Origin: Candidatus Nitrosocosmicus sp.
Lineage (GTDB): Bacteria > Methylomirabilota > Methylomirabilia > Rokubacteriales > CSP1-6
Length of the DNA stretch: 64,000 bases
Assembly (NCBI GenBank): GCA_035654455.1
Contig: DASRWT010000065.1
Location: forward strand, 3,399-67,398
Direction: 5' to 3'
The notes under the pieces are model-generated. The model was not told where the DNA came from, searched no databases, and was given only the letters and a program-made list of their open reading frames with translations. The position numbers and the translations under genes were made by a program. Positions 35,526 through 45,103 of this stretch are shown here, one piece after another. The stretch's first letter is position 1; every line of letters begins with the position of its first letter.

Positions 35526-36329
35526 ATGGGTCCCGCGACCCCCGGTGGCATGTGGACGACGGGGAGCGCGTACGAGCGCTATGTCGGCCGCTGGAGCCGT
35601 CTCGTGGCGCGCGACTTCCTCGCGTGGCTCAGCGTGCCCGCGGGCCGGCGCTGGCTCGACGTGGGCTGCGGCACCGGCGCGCTGAGCCACGAGATCCTCG
35701 AGCGCGGCGCTGCCTCCGCGGTGGCCGGCATCGACGCGTCCGCCGGGTTCGTCGAGCATGCCCGCGCCCAGGTCCCCGACCCGCGGGCGTCGTTCAGGGT
35801 GGGCGACGCCCAGGCGCTGCCCTTCGAGGACGCCGCCTTCGACGCGGCGGTGTCCGGGCTCGTGCTCAACTTCGTGCCGGATCCCGCTCGGATGGTGGGC
35901 GAGATGCGCCGCGTGGTGAAGCCCGGCGGGGTGGTGGCGATCTACGTGTGGGATTACGCGGGCGAGATGCAGCTCATGCGCTATTTCTGGAACGCGGCGT
36001 CGGCGCTGGATCCGGCGGCGCGGGTCCTCGACGAGGGACGGCGATTTCCTCTCTGCGGGGCGGTGCCGCTGGCCGAGCTCGCCCGCGCCGCCGGGCTCGC
36101 CGAGGTGGAGGCGCGGGCCCTGGACGTTCCCACCACCTTTCGCGATTTCGACGACTACTGGACGCCCTTCCTCGGGGGCCAGGGCCCGGCGCCCGCCTAC
36201 TGCCTCGCGCTCAGCGAGGAGCGGCGGACCGCGCTGCGCGAGGCGATCCGCGCGGCCCTTCCCGTCCGTCCCGACGGCAGCGTCGCGCTGATCGCGCGCG
36301 CCTGGGTGGTGAAGGGCCGCGCCGCCTGA
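35526..36329 (+). CDS. class I SAM-dependent methyltransferase
   Basis: 267 aa. WLDVGCGTGALS motif I and DAAVSGLVLNFVPD. ATG immediately follows the upstream TAG. Confidence 0.85.
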   Translation: MGPATPGGMWTTGSAYERYVGRWSRLVARDFLAWLSVPAGRRWLDVGCGTGALSHEILERGAASAVAGIDASAGFVEHARAQVPDPRASFRVGDAQALPFEDAAFDAAVSGLVLNFVPDPARMVGEMRRVVKPGGVVAIYVWDYAGEMQLMRYFWNAASALDPAARVLDEGRRFPLCGAVPLAELARAAGLAEVEARALDVPTTFRDFDDYWTPFLGGQGPAPAYCLALSEERRTALREAIRAALPVRPDGSVALIARAWVVKGRAA

Positions 36330-36350
36330 GCCCGCCGGCGGCACCGCTCT

Positions 36351-36764
36351 CTAGCAGGGGTCCTTCCCCTTGCGCGGCGCCTGCACCAGCTCGAGCCGCG
36401 TGTCGTCGGGGCCGCGCAGGAAGGCGATGCGCCCGCCGTTCGGCATGTTGATCGGTCCCTCCAGCCGCTGAGCCCCCAGTCCCTCCAGCCGCTTGATGTC
36501 GGCCTCGATGTCGGTGGAGTCGAGGCCGAAGTGCTCGAGCCCGTGATGCGCGGAGGCGTCGCCGGGGCCCAGGGTCTCACCGCTGCGGGCGCCCGAGATA
36601 TTCACGTTGATGCCGCCCTCCGCGCTTCCGCAGCGGATGAAGCGGTCGCCGAACACCCGCACCTCGTCGGAGTTGATCGTGAAGCCAAAGGCGGTGACGT
36701 ACCACTGGGCGGTCTTCAGCGGATCGGGGGACTTCAGGTGGATGTGGTTGATCCGATACGGCAT
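36351..36764 (-). CDS. VOC (glyoxalase/bleomycin resistance/dioxygenase) family protein
   Basis: 137 aa from MPYRINHIHLKS (gaggagg SD), with HHGLEHFGL and the paired beta-alpha-beta-beta-beta pattern. The track 5' extension is rejected. Confidence 0.8.
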   Translation of the reverse strand: MPYRINHIHLKSPDPLKTAQWYVTAFGFTINSDEVRVFGDRFIRCGSAEGGINVNISGARSGETLGPGDASAHHGLEHFGLDSTDIEADIKRLEGLGAQRLEGPINMPNGGRIAFLRGPDDTRLELVQAPRKGKDPC

Positions 36765-36789
36765 GCGCGCGCCTCCTCGGGTGGTGGGG

Positions 36790-36821
36790 TGGACAAATCG
36801 CGGCTGCGAGGCCAGTATAAT
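36790..36821 (+). promoter_or_regulatory. possible promoter for the aminotransferase operon
   Basis: Perfect TATAAT at 36816..36821, rare in this GC background, 16 nt upstream of ATG 36838. The only -35-like hexamer (TGGACA 36790..36795) is 20 nt away, which is a poor spacing. Confidence 0.3.
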
Positions 36822-36837
36822 CGGCCGGAGGACTCCC

Positions 36838-38007
36838 ATGGCCCCGACGTTCGACTTCGATCGCCGCATCGACCGGCGCTCCACCGCGAGCAACAAGTGG
36901 CGGAAGTTCGACAAGGACGTGCTGCCGCTCTGGGTGGCCGACATGGACTTCGCCTCCCCCGAGCCCGTCGTGCGCGCACTGCGCGAGCGCGCCGAGCACG
37001 GCGTGTACGGATATGTGTACGAGGAGCCCGAGTTCTTCGAGGTGGTGGCCGACCGCATCCACAAGCGGTACGGCTGGAAGGTCGGCCCCGAGGCGGTGGT
37101 GCTGCTGCCCGGCGTGATCGCGGGGCTCAACATGGCCGCGCGCGTCTTCGCCGCTCCCGGCGACGGGCTCCTGGAGCAGGTGCCGGTGTACCCGCCCATT
37201 CTCCGGTGCCCGGGCAACATGGGCCTGACCCGCGACGAGGCGCCGCTGGCCCGCCGCGCCGACGGCCGCTACGAGGTGGACTGGGACGCGTTCGAGCGCG
37301 CCATTCACGGCCGCACGCGCGCCTTCATCCTCTGCAACCCGCACAACCCCACCGGGCGCGTCTACACGCGCGAGGAGCTGGCGCGGATGGCGGAGATCTG
37401 CGGGCGGCGCGGGGTGGCCATCATCGCCGACGAGATCCACTGCGATCTGATCTACGCGGGCCAGCGCCATGTGCCCATCGCCTCGCTGGACGCCGAGGTG
37501 GCCGCGCGCACCGTCACCCTCATGTCGCCGTCCAAGACCTTCAATCTGGCCGGCCTCAAGTGCGCCATCGCGGTGGTCACCGACGCGGCGCTCCGTGAGA
37601 AGTTCCTCGCCACCAAGGTGGATCTGGTGGCGAACCCCAATGTCTTCGGCTTCGCCGCCGCGCATGCCGCCTATCGCGACGGCGGGCCCTGGCTCGACGC
37701 CCTCATGGTGTATCTCGAGGCCAACCGCGATTACACCGTGACGTACGTGCGCGAGCACTTCCCCGGCGTGGTGATCTATCCGCCCGAGGGCCTCTACCTC
37801 GCCTGGCTCGACTTCCGGGGGGCGGGAATTCCCGGCCACGATCCGTACACGTTCTTCCTCGAGCAGGCGCGGGTGGCGCTCAACGACGGCGTGACCTTCG
37901 GCCCCGGCGGCCAGGGCTTCGCGCGGCTGAACTTCGGCTGCCCGCGCGCCATGCTCACCGAGGGCCTCGATCGCATGCGCGACGCCTTCCGCCGCTTGCC
38001 CCGCTGA
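36838..38007 (+). CDS. PLP-dependent aminotransferase / C-S lyase (MalY/PatB family)
   Basis: 389 aa from MAPTFDFDRRIDRRSTASNKW (ggagga SD). Motifs NPHNPTGRVYT and SPSKTFNLAGLK (PLP lysine). Confidence 0.9.
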   Translation: MAPTFDFDRRIDRRSTASNKWRKFDKDVLPLWVADMDFASPEPVVRALRERAEHGVYGYVYEEPEFFEVVADRIHKRYGWKVGPEAVVLLPGVIAGLNMAARVFAAPGDGLLEQVPVYPPILRCPGNMGLTRDEAPLARRADGRYEVDWDAFERAIHGRTRAFILCNPHNPTGRVYTREELARMAEICGRRGVAIIADEIHCDLIYAGQRHVPIASLDAEVAARTVTLMSPSKTFNLAGLKCAIAVVTDAALREKFLATKVDLVANPNVFGFAAAHAAYRDGGPWLDALMVYLEANRDYTVTYVREHFPGVVIYPPEGLYLAWLDFRGAGIPGHDPYTFFLEQARVALNDGVTFGPGGQGFARLNFGCPRAMLTEGLDRMRDAFRRLPR

Positions 38008-38104
38008 CCGCCGTCGGTTGCCGACCCTCCGCGCGCATGCTAGGTTGCGCTGGTCGTCATCCCCTGCACTCTCGGCCCTGCCGTTTCGGCCAAAGGAGAC
38101 CGTA

Positions 38105-38896
38105 GTGAGAGAAAACAAGCTCCGCACGATCTGGGCGCGCGGCGAGGCGGTGGTGAACGGGTGGCTGGCCATTCCCAGCGCGTTCTCGGCGGAGGTGATG
38201 GCCCATCAGGGCTTCGACTCCCTGGTGGTGGACATGCAGCACGGCGTCGTCGACTACCAGGTGGCGGTGACCATGCTCCAGGCCATCTCCACCACCGACG
38301 TGGTGCCGATGGCGCGCGTGCCGTGGAACGATCCCGCACGGCTCATGAAGATCCTCGACGCCGGCGTCTACGGCGTGATCTGCCCCATGATCAATACGCG
38401 CGAGGAGGCGGAAGCGCTGGTGCGGCACTGCAAGTATCCGCCGCGCGGCCACCGCTCCTGGGGTCCGGTGCGCGCCTCCATCTACGCGGGCGCGGACTAT
38501 GGCGACCACGCCAACGACGACATCGTGGTCATGCCCATGATCGAGACCGCGGAGGCGCTGAAGAACCTCGACGACATCCTGACCGTGCCCGGGGTGGACG
38601 CCATCTACGTGGGCCCCTCCGATCTCTCCCTCGCGCTGGGCTGCAAGCCGCGGCTCGACCAGACCGACGCGCCGGTGGTGGAGGCGCAGCAGAAGATCGT
38701 GGAGGCCTGCAAGAAGCACGGTGTGATCGCGGGCATCCACAACAGCACCTCCGCCTACTCGCTCAAGATGATCGAGGCCGGCTACCAGTTCGTGACGCTC
38801 GCCAGCGACAGCCGCTTTCTCGCCCAGCGTGCCGCGGAGGAAGCCGCCGCGGTCAAGAAGACGGGCGTGAAGGCCGGCAAGCTGCCGGGCTACTAG
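38105..38896 (+). CDS. HpcH/HpaI family aldolase
   Basis: 263 aa from GTG 38105 (aaggag SD). Motifs DSLVVDMQHG, RVPWND and MIETAEAL, a class II aldolase/citrate-lyase-beta-like barrel. Confidence 0.88.
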   Translation: MRENKLRTIWARGEAVVNGWLAIPSAFSAEVMAHQGFDSLVVDMQHGVVDYQVAVTMLQAISTTDVVPMARVPWNDPARLMKILDAGVYGVICPMINTREEAEALVRHCKYPPRGHRSWGPVRASIYAGADYGDHANDDIVVMPMIETAEALKNLDDILTVPGVDAIYVGPSDLSLALGCKPRLDQTDAPVVEAQQKIVEACKKHGVIAGIHNSTSAYSLKMIEAGYQFVTLASDSRFLAQRAAEEAAAVKKTGVKAGKLPGY

Positions 38897-38905
38897 GAGC
38901 GCGCC

Positions 38906-39694
38906 ATGGCCCGGCTCGACGGCAAGGTCGCGATCGTCACCGGCGGCGGCACCGGCATCGGCCGTTGCACCGCCCTCATGCTCGCGAAGGAGGGCGCCCG
39001 CGTCGTGATCAGTGGGCGGCGCAAGCCGCCGCTGGAGGACGTGGTGGCGGAGATCGCGGGCGCCGGCGGCCAGGCCGTCGCGCATCCCGGCGACGTGTCC
39101 CGCCCCGCGGACGCGCAGGAGCTGGCCCAGTGGACGCTGGCGCAGTTCGGCCAGGTGGATGTCCTCATCAACAATGCCGGGCACTCCAGTAAGGTGCGCA
39201 ACCTCCGCTGGATCGGCCTCGAGGAGTGGGAGAAGGTGATGGCGGTCAACGTCACCGGGGCCTATCTCCTCACCCAGGCCGTGCTGCCGAACATGATCGA
39301 GCGCGGCGGCGGCACCATCGTGACCGTCTCCTCGTACGCGGCGCTCAAGCCCGGCCTCATCGGCGGCTCCGTGTACGGCGCCGCCAAGGCGGCTCAGCGC
39401 AACATGATGGGCCACGTGCACACCGTGCTCCGCGACAAGGGCATCCGCGCCACCACCATCATGCCCGCCGAGGTGGACACGCCCATCCTCGACAATCGCC
39501 CCCTGCCGCCGGACGCCGTCGCCCGCGCGACCATGATGATGCCGGAAGACGTGGCGGAGGCCATCCTCCTCTGCGTCACCCTGCCCGCGCGCACGGTGAT
39601 CGAGGAGATCGTCATCAGCCCCACGCGCTCTCGCGACCAGAGCAAGGAGATCGCGGTGGCGCGGGACATGGGCGCGCCCCCGGGTGCTCCGTAG
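38906..39694 (+). CDS. SDR family oxidoreductase
   Basis: 262 aa. Motifs GKVAIVTGGGTGIG, NNAG and YGAAK. Confidence 0.9.
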   Translation: MARLDGKVAIVTGGGTGIGRCTALMLAKEGARVVISGRRKPPLEDVVAEIAGAGGQAVAHPGDVSRPADAQELAQWTLAQFGQVDVLINNAGHSSKVRNLRWIGLEEWEKVMAVNVTGAYLLTQAVLPNMIERGGGTIVTVSSYAALKPGLIGGSVYGAAKAAQRNMMGHVHTVLRDKGIRATTIMPAEVDTPILDNRPLPPDAVARATMMMPEDVAEAILLCVTLPARTVIEEIVISPTRSRDQSKEIAVARDMGAPPGAP

Positions 39695-39823
39695 TGCGGG
39701 GCCGCCGGACCGATACGGGGAGGGCCTAGCGGTGGCCACGGCGGCGGTCGACGGAGCCCGCCTCCACTACAACGCCGGTGGCGAGGAGCCCGCGCCGCTC
39801 CCGCCCGATCCCGCCTGAGCGCG

Positions 39824-40714
39824 ATGGCGGCAGCGGCATATCGCTTCATCGTGGTGGACTCGCCGAGGCCGGGTGTGCGCCGGGTCACGCTCAACCGGCC
39901 CGAGAAGCGCAATGCGCTGAGCAACGAGCTGCGCGGCGAGCTCTTCGATGCCCTCCGCCGCGCCGACGGGGACGAGACCGTGCGCGTGTCCATCGTGCGC
40001 GGCGCCGGGGTGTGCTTCTCCGCGGGCTATGATCTGGGCGCCGACCTCACCCAGGGGCGCCCCTATCCCACCGCGGCCGGCGACGGGCACTGGCCGCGCC
40101 ACGTGGTGGAGGGGTGGTTCCAGATCTGGGACCTTGCCAAGCCGGTGATCGCCCAGGTGCACGGCTATTGCCTGGCCGGCGGCAGCGAGCTGGCCGCCGC
40201 CTGCGATCTCGTGTACGTGGCGGAGGACGCGCAGATCGGCTATCCGCCGGTGCGCCTCATGAGCCCGCCCGACGCCCAGTTCCATCCCTGGCTGGCGGGC
40301 ATGCGGCAGGCCATGGAGCTGATGCTCACCGGCGATCCGGTGTCGGGCGCCGAGGCAGCGCGCATCGGCCTCGCCAACCGCGCCTATCCCGCCGCCGCCC
40401 TCGAGGCGCACGTGCTCGATATCGCGGAGCGCGTGGCGAAGATCCCCACCTCGCTGCAGCAGATCAACAAGCGGTCGGTCCACCGCGCCATGGAGATCAT
40501 GGGCATGCGCGCGGCCATCCGCGCGGGCACCGAGCTCCAGGCGCTGGCCTTTCACCAGCCCGAGTCGGTGGCGTATCGAAAAGAAGTGCGGGCCAATCTC
40601 AAGCGCGCGCTCGATGCGCGCGACGGACGTTTCGGCGACTATAGAACGGCTCGGCGGACCACCGCCGGCACGGCCAAACGCAGCACGAACGCGCGAAAGG
40701 AGAAGAGCTCCTGA
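39824..40714 (+). CDS. enoyl-CoA hydratase/isomerase family protein
   Basis: 296 aa. Motifs LNRPEKRNAL, FSAGYDL and AQVHGYCLAGGSELAAACDLVY. Confidence 0.88.
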   Translation: MAAAAYRFIVVDSPRPGVRRVTLNRPEKRNALSNELRGELFDALRRADGDETVRVSIVRGAGVCFSAGYDLGADLTQGRPYPTAAGDGHWPRHVVEGWFQIWDLAKPVIAQVHGYCLAGGSELAAACDLVYVAEDAQIGYPPVRLMSPPDAQFHPWLAGMRQAMELMLTGDPVSGAEAARIGLANRAYPAAALEAHVLDIAERVAKIPTSLQQINKRSVHRAMEIMGMRAAIRAGTELQALAFHQPESVAYRKEVRANLKRALDARDGRFGDYRTARRTTAGTAKRSTNARKEKSS

Positions 40715-41706
40715 TGGGACTCCTCGACGGCAAGACGGCGGTGGTGACGGGCGCGGGGCGCGGCATCGGGCGCGGCATCGCGATCGCGCTGGCGAAGGAA
40801 GGGGCCAAGGTGGTGGTCAATGACCTCGGCGCCGCGCTGGGCGGCGAGGGCACCGACAAGTCGCCCGCCCAGCAGGTGGTGGACGAGATCGCCAAGGCGG
40901 GCGGCAAGGCGGTGCCGAACTTCGGCTCGGTGTCCGACTTCGGCCAGGCCACCGACATGGTGGAGCAGGCGGTGCGCGAGTGGGGCCGCATCGACATCGT
41001 GGTGAACGTGGCCGGCATCCTTCGCGACCGGATGATCTTCAACATGACGGAGGAGGAGTGGGACATCGTGCTCGCCGTCCACCTCAAGGGGACGTTCAAT
41101 ACCATCCGCGCCGCCTCCGTCCACATGCGCGAGGCCAAGGCCGGGCGCATCGTGAACATGTCCTCGGTGTCGGCGCTGGGCTCCCCCGGCCAGCCCAACT
41201 ATGCCGCCGGCAAGGCGGGCATCCTCGGGCTCACCTGGTCCACCGCGCACGCGCTGGGCAAGTACGGGGTCACCAGCAATGCCATCCTGCCCAGCGGCGC
41301 CACGCGGATGATCGACTCCACCCCCCGCGGGCGCGCGGTGTTCGAGCAGACCGGCAAGTGGCCGAGCGAGCAGGCCAAGGGCACCGAGCGCGATCCCGAC
41401 AATGTGGCTCCGCTGGTGGTGTTTCTCGCCAGCGACGCCGCCGCGCACGTCAACGGTCAGGCCTTCCACTCCTTCGGCTATGGCTATACCCTGCTTGCCC
41501 AGCCGCAAGCCATCCGGCGCCTGGAGGCGGATCACCGCTTCGAGCCCGCGGAGCTCGTGAAGCTCTTTCCGGAGACGCTCGGCCACGACCTGCGCATGCC
41601 GCCCGCGCTCGAGTTCGGCCGCACGCTGGACAAGCGCCCCGCCGGGGAGTGGAAGGACCTGGGCAAGGGCGTGCGCGCCTGGCAGTCCGGCTTCGAGGAG
41701 AAATAG
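40714..41706 (+). CDS. SDR family oxidoreductase (long form, MFE-2 dehydrogenase-like)
   Basis: 330 aa. Motifs GKTAVVTGAGRGIGRG, NVAG and YAAGK. ATGA-type overlap with the upstream hydratase. Confidence 0.88.
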   Translation: MGLLDGKTAVVTGAGRGIGRGIAIALAKEGAKVVVNDLGAALGGEGTDKSPAQQVVDEIAKAGGKAVPNFGSVSDFGQATDMVEQAVREWGRIDIVVNVAGILRDRMIFNMTEEEWDIVLAVHLKGTFNTIRAASVHMREAKAGRIVNMSSVSALGSPGQPNYAAGKAGILGLTWSTAHALGKYGVTSNAILPSGATRMIDSTPRGRAVFEQTGKWPSEQAKGTERDPDNVAPLVVFLASDAAAHVNGQAFHSFGYGYTLLAQPQAIRRLEADHRFEPAELVKLFPETLGHDLRMPPALEFGRTLDKRPAGEWKDLGKGVRAWQSGFEEK

Positions 41707-41737
41707 CCGCCTCGGCGACGACGGAACGACGGACCGC

Positions 41738-42559
41738 TCAGGCGCCGAAGAGCACCCGGGTGCCCGCCGCGGGCAAGGAGGCGGTCTCGGGCTCCGGGCG
41801 CGCGATGCCGAGGCGGGCGCGCAGCGCCACCACGTCGCCGATGACCGCGGTGACGGGTGGGGGGAGCGGGACGGGACCGGCGAGCGCGGCGAGCGCATCG
41901 AGGGTCGAGACGACGGTCTCCTGCTCGGGAGTGGTGCCCCGATGGATGAGCGCCACCGGCGTGTCGCCGGGACGGCCGCGGGCGATCAGGGTCCGCGCGA
42001 TGCCGGGCAGCGCCTCCGTGCCCATGAGGACCACCAGCGTATCCACCGCGCGGGCGATCGCGCTCCAGTCCACCGTCGGCTCGCCCTTGGCGGGATCCTC
42101 GTGGCCCGTGATCACCGCGAAGGACGCGGCGACACCGCGGTGGGTGACGGGGATGCCGGCGGCGGCGGGCGCGGCCAGGGCGGAGCTCACGCCGGGCACC
42201 ACCTCACAGGGAATCCCCGCCGCGGCCAGAGCCGCCGCCTCCTCGCCCCCCCGTCCGAACACGAAGGGATCGCCGCCCTTGAGCCGGACCACCCGGAGAC
42301 CCCGCCGCGCCAGAGCCACCAGGATGGCATTGATCTCGGGCTGGGACACCTCGTGGGCGCCCGCGCGCTTGCCGACGTAGATGCGCTCCGCCGCCGCCGG
42401 GGCCTCGTCGAGCAGCGCGGGCGCGACGAGACGATCGTAGACCACCGCCTGGGCGACGCGCAGGAGCCGGAGGCCGCGCACCGTCACGAGCTCGGGGTCG
42501 CCGGGCCCCGCGCCCACCAGCGCCACCCGGCCGCCCGCGTCCCCATGCTTCGCCGGCAT
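41738..42559 (-). CDS. cobA: uroporphyrinogen-III C-methyltransferase (SUMT)
   Basis: Motifs LVGAGPGDPELVTVRG, KGGDPFVFGRGGEE and VPGVSSA. ATG 42559 overlaps the upstream stop (TGATG). Confidence 0.9.
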   Translation of the reverse strand: MPAKHGDAGGRVALVGAGPGDPELVTVRGLRLLRVAQAVVYDRLVAPALLDEAPAAAERIYVGKRAGAHEVSQPEINAILVALARRGLRVVRLKGGDPFVFGRGGEEAAALAAAGIPCEVVPGVSSALAAPAAAGIPVTHRGVAASFAVITGHEDPAKGEPTVDWSAIARAVDTLVVLMGTEALPGIARTLIARGRPGDTPVALIHRGTTPEQETVVSTLDALAALAGPVPLPPPVTAVIGDVVALRARLGIARPEPETASLPAAGTRVLFGA

Positions 42560-43200
42560 CACGCGCCCTCGAGCCGGGAGCGGAGGCGGGCGCCGCCGCC
42601 GGGCTCGCCGCCGCCCCCGCCGCTGCCGCTCGACAATCCGCGCAGCTCGTCCTCCAGCGCGCGGCCCCAGCCCTCGGCCGTCACCGGCGCGCCCCGCTCC
42701 CGGAGCTCGCGGCGCACCTCGGCCACCACCTCCACGAAGGCGCCGAAGTCCGCCGGGAAATATCGCTCGAGCTCGTCGCGCACCGCGCGCGTGAGCGCGG
42801 GGCTCGCCCCGCCGCTCGACACCGCCACCGCGAGCGAGCCGCGGCGCAGCACCGCGGGCAGGAGAAAGTCACAGTGCTCGGGGTCATCGGCGGCATTGAC
42901 CCAGACGCCTCGCGTCCGCCCCTCCGCGCGAACAGCCCCGCTCACCGCCCGGTCCCCCGTGGCCGCGAAGGCCAGGGCGACACCCGCGAGATCGCCAGGG
43001 AGGTACTCGCGCGCCTGATGCGCGAGATGACCCTCCGCCGCGAGGGCGGCCAGCGCCGGCGTGAGCGTCGGGCTCACCACCGTGATGCGAGCCCCCGCGC
43101 CGAGGAGGCCGCGCACCTTGGTCTCCGCCACGGGCCCACCCCCCACCACCACGCAGGGGCGATCCACGAGGTCGAGAAAGATCGGATAGTGACTGCTCAC
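42559..43200 (-). CDS. precorrin-2 dehydrogenase / sirohydrochlorin ferrochelatase (SirC/Met8/CysG-N like)
   Basis: 213 aa from GTG 43200. YPIFLDLVDRPCVVVGGGPVAETKVRGLL Rossmann motif and VNAADDPEHCDFLLPA. The upstream part of the track ORF is rejected. Confidence 0.8.
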   Translation of the reverse strand: MSSHYPIFLDLVDRPCVVVGGGPVAETKVRGLLGAGARITVVSPTLTPALAALAAEGHLAHQAREYLPGDLAGVALAFAATGDRAVSGAVRAEGRTRGVWVNAADDPEHCDFLLPAVLRRGSLAVAVSSGGASPALTRAVRDELERYFPADFGAFVEVVAEVRRELRERGAPVTAEGWGRALEDELRGLSSGSGGGGGEPGGGARLRSRLEGA

Positions 43201-43210
43201 GGGGTCCCCG

Positions 43211-44932
43211 TCATTCGAGGTGGTGAGGGGTGGCGGCCACGGGAAGGTCGCGGGCGACGGCCGCGACCGCGCCGCCCGCCAGCAGCGCCCGCAAGTCGTC
43301 GTCGCTCCGGGCCGCCGCGAAGTCCTTGAAGCTCTGACCCGGCGTCCGGAGATCCAGATAGGCCCGCAGCAGGCGCTCGATCGCGGCGGGCGTCTCGCGG
43401 GCGGGCACCCGGAAGCCCACCGGGCGGGCGACGGAGGCGTGCTGTCCCAGCCCCCCGCCCACGCAGACGTAGTACGCATCCTCGAGGCCGGCGGGGCCCT
43501 TCACCTTCTTGCCCTCCAGCCCGATGTCGGCGATCCAGTGCTGGCCGCAGGAGTTCGGGCAGCCCGTCACGTGGATCTTCACGTGACGGTCGAAGCCCGG
43601 CAGCCGCGACTCCAGGTCCTCGACCAGGCGCCGCGCGAAGCCCTTGGTCTCGGTGAGGGCGATCTTGCAGAACTCCGTGCCCGTGCAGGCCACGGTGCCG
43701 CGCCGGAAGGGCGACGCGGAGAGCGCGAGCCCGGCGGCCTCCGCTTCCGCGCCCAGGGCGGCCGTCCGCTCGCGCGGCACGTCGAGCACCACCAGGTTCT
43801 GCATGTGCGTGGTGCGCAGCGCGCCGGAGCCGAAGCGCTCGGCGAGGTCGGCCGCCGCGCGCATGGTGGCGGGATCGAGCCGCCCCCGCAGGATGGCGAA
43901 GCCCGCATAGGCGAGACCCGGCTGCCGCTGCTGGTGCAGACCCACGTGATCGCGGTACGCGTCCTCGGGCGGGGTCTCCGGCACCGCCGCCTCCAGGCAA
44001 TAACCCAGCCGTCCCTCGATTTCTGTGCGGAAGCGGTCCGCCGTCCAGCCGTGGCGGAGGAAGAGGAACTTGAGGCGCGCCTTCTCCCGATGCTCGCGGA
44101 GGACGTCGCTGTCGCGGAAGATCTCGGCCACCGCCTTCACCACCGCCAGGGTCTGATCCCAGCGCACGAAGACGTCGAGCCGCGGGGCGAGGTGCGGGTC
44201 CGTGGAGAGCCCGCCGCCCACGCGCAGCGAGAAGCCGGTCTCGCCGGTCCCGGGATGCCGGATGGCGGTGAGCCCCACGTCATTGATCTCCGGGTACGAG
44301 CACCACTCGCGGCAGCCGGCGATGGAGACCTTGAACTTGCGCGGGAGGTTGTAGAACTCGGGCGCGCCGTTGAGCATGGCGGTGGCCGCGTCCACCAGGG
44401 GCGAGGCGTCCGCGATCTCGTCGGCGTCCACTCCGGCCACCGGGCAGCCCGTGATATTCCGCGTGACGTCGCCGCAGGTGCCGATGGTGGTGATGCCCAC
44501 GCGGGACAGGCTGGCGACGATCTCGGGCAGGCTCTCCACCTGTACCCAGTGGAGCTGGATATTCTGCCGCACCGTGAGGTCGGCCACCCCGCGCGCGTGA
44601 CGCTCGGTGAGATCGGCGATGGCGCGAAGCTGAGGCGCGGTGAGGAAGCCGTTCGGGATGCGGATCCGCTGCATGAAGTAGCGGAGGCCCTTGCCCTCGC
44701 CACCCGTTCCGCCCACCGCCCCCACGCCGTCGCCCTGGGTGTAGAGACCCCACCAGCGGAAATAGGTGTTCAGCCACTCGGGTGGGATCGAGTCGAAGCC
44801 CTCGCGGGCGAACCGCTCGATCTCCGAATAGGCCGCCCAGGGGTTGAGCGCGCCCTTGAGACGCTCGGCCCGCTGGGCCTTGGTTTCCTTCGGTGGCACC
44901 GGCACCACGGCGGCTCCATTCCCTTCACTCAC
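43211..44932 (-). CDS. sulfite/nitrite reductase hemoprotein (siroheme-[4Fe-4S], ferredoxin-type)
   Basis: 573 aa. NIR_SIR ferredoxin-like repeats. Cluster Cys motifs CTGTEFCKIA and TGCPNSCGQHW. ggagga SD 10 nt upstream of GTG 44932. Confidence 0.92.
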   Translation of the reverse strand: MSEGNGAAVVPVPPKETKAQRAERLKGALNPWAAYSEIERFAREGFDSIPPEWLNTYFRWWGLYTQGDGVGAVGGTGGEGKGLRYFMQRIRIPNGFLTAPQLRAIADLTERHARGVADLTVRQNIQLHWVQVESLPEIVASLSRVGITTIGTCGDVTRNITGCPVAGVDADEIADASPLVDAATAMLNGAPEFYNLPRKFKVSIAGCREWCSYPEINDVGLTAIRHPGTGETGFSLRVGGGLSTDPHLAPRLDVFVRWDQTLAVVKAVAEIFRDSDVLREHREKARLKFLFLRHGWTADRFRTEIEGRLGYCLEAAVPETPPEDAYRDHVGLHQQRQPGLAYAGFAILRGRLDPATMRAAADLAERFGSGALRTTHMQNLVVLDVPRERTAALGAEAEAAGLALSASPFRRGTVACTGTEFCKIALTETKGFARRLVEDLESRLPGFDRHVKIHVTGCPNSCGQHWIADIGLEGKKVKGPAGLEDAYYVCVGGGLGQHASVARPVGFRVPARETPAAIERLLRAYLDLRTPGQSFKDFAAARSDDDLRALLAGGAVAAVARDLPVAATPHHLE

Positions 44933-44964
44933 TCGTCTTCTTCCTCCGCTCCGAGCTACGCCCT

Positions 44965-44999
44965 GAAAACACGAAAGCCGGGGATGAGCTCCCCGGCTT
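44965..44999 (-). terminator. intrinsic-terminator-like hairpin inside the sulfite reductase leader
   Basis: Minus strand: AAGCCGGGG-AGCUCAU-CCCCGGCUU (9-bp stem) followed by UCGUGUUUUC. It lies downstream of the predicted promoter and 33-67 nt upstream of the start codon. Confidence 0.45.
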
Positions 45000-45103
45000 G
45001 GTGTCGGCCCTGGCCCATCGACTATGCGGTTGGACGCTCCAACGCATTACATCGCAGGTACTTAGGACACGTGGGACCGGCAGGGATCGCCATGACTGGG
45101 CTA

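Noticed and set aside
44933-45100. Assignment of the sulfite reductase leader to a known SAM riboswitch class (SAM-I/II/IV/V, SAM-SAH)
   Set aside because: Only vague resemblance (GUCAUGG..GCCGG). The diagnostic cores I remember (GAGGGA..GGCAACC for SAM-I/IV, the AAAGCU pseudoknot for SAM-II) are absent. It is kept as an unclassified candidate instead.
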